A stretch of 63,660 bases of DNA, the filler included, from Octopus bimaculoides (lineage: Eukaryota): assembly GCF_001194135.2 (NCBI RefSeq). It is 6 parts of 6 records of this genome, joined end to end, with 100 filler letters (N's around TTAATTAATTAA, not from the genome) between each part and the next. Parts side by side here need not be neighbours in the genome. Positions count along the whole stretch, not along the records: positions 62,319 to 63,660 come from NW_026357934.1; 5 more parts are not named here. One strand, written 5' to 3'. This document shows, piece by piece, positions 62,976 through 63,660 of the stretch. Both the position numbers and the translations under genes were made by a program. Under the pieces are notes generated by a model, which saw nothing but the letters and a program-made list of their open reading frames with translations, was not told where the DNA came from and made no database searches. Position 1 is the stretch's first letter, and each line of letters begins with the position of its first letter.

Positions 62976-63660
62976 GAAAAACTATTGTTTTACCGTGAGA
63001 AAGTGCTGTTAAACTGTTAAGTGAAATTTGGCGATCGAGGATCGAATCCACGCTATGCCTGCATGAAGCCACTACAATAAACAGTAAATTTTTGAAGATA
63101 CATGTCAGAGCAATTGTTTACACTAAAATTCAACCGTTAATACATACACACATATACCAGTTAATATACATTCAAACAATATGGCTATGATAAAATATCT
63201 CAGGGAAATATTTTAGATTATAATTGCAAATTCAGGAAGGTGTCACATATATAATAATAGGAGTTGAAAAAGTATCAAAGATAGTCCAAACAATTAGTAA
63301 AATGGCAAGGGAGATAATTTCAAATAACGCTTCTCATACATTCACACAATTTTTTCATTAGTTCTCATCTCTATATTACTTTTGTGAGAAAGTGTACCGA
63401 GTAACCTTTTGCACTGAATAACCTTTATCTGTAATGATTCTCTCCACTACACACACATACCCACTCGCCGCCCCTTGCTGTGACTGTTGCAGTAGCAACA
63501 GATACCCTGCGGTACTGGTTGTTGGTGTAGTAGAATTAACAGTATGAAGCAAATATTTACTCCACGTTCCTAACATAGATATATATTGTGTGTGGGTGTG
63601 CTTATGTCACAATATTTTGTACAGCTATGTATTGTACAGAAATATATATATATATATATA

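Overview
This is eukaryotic, AT-rich, repeat-saturated genomic DNA from a gapped draft scaffold. The SINE families and microsatellite load look like an Octopus (cephalopod) genome; this is inferred from recalled repeat sequences, not from a search. I found no intact protein-coding gene, RNA gene or CRISPR array, and most ORFs in the track are translated microsatellites or N-runs. The window contains three tRNA-derived SINE families (about 35 copies) and decayed fragments of RTE, CR1-like, R4/Dong-like (RLE) and Penelope-like retroelements. It also contains two Helitron pieces, three mariner remnants, a Tc1 remnant with DD36E spacing, a SPIN/Buster-type hAT deletion derivative and three hAT MITEs with intact TIRs and 8-bp TSDs. 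Two or three candidate host exons (+ strand, 42.5-53 kb) coincide with a CpG-depleted domain. The most unusual signal is five dispersed type I hammerhead-ribozyme-like folds (14.1, 17.6, 37.7, 43.3, 50.1 kb). Four are minimal, with (near-)palindromic stem III and non-canonical cores, two of them with compensatory G3:C8 or U3:A8 swaps. This fits Penelope-associated dimeric hammerheads. All structures were folded by eye and activity is untested.
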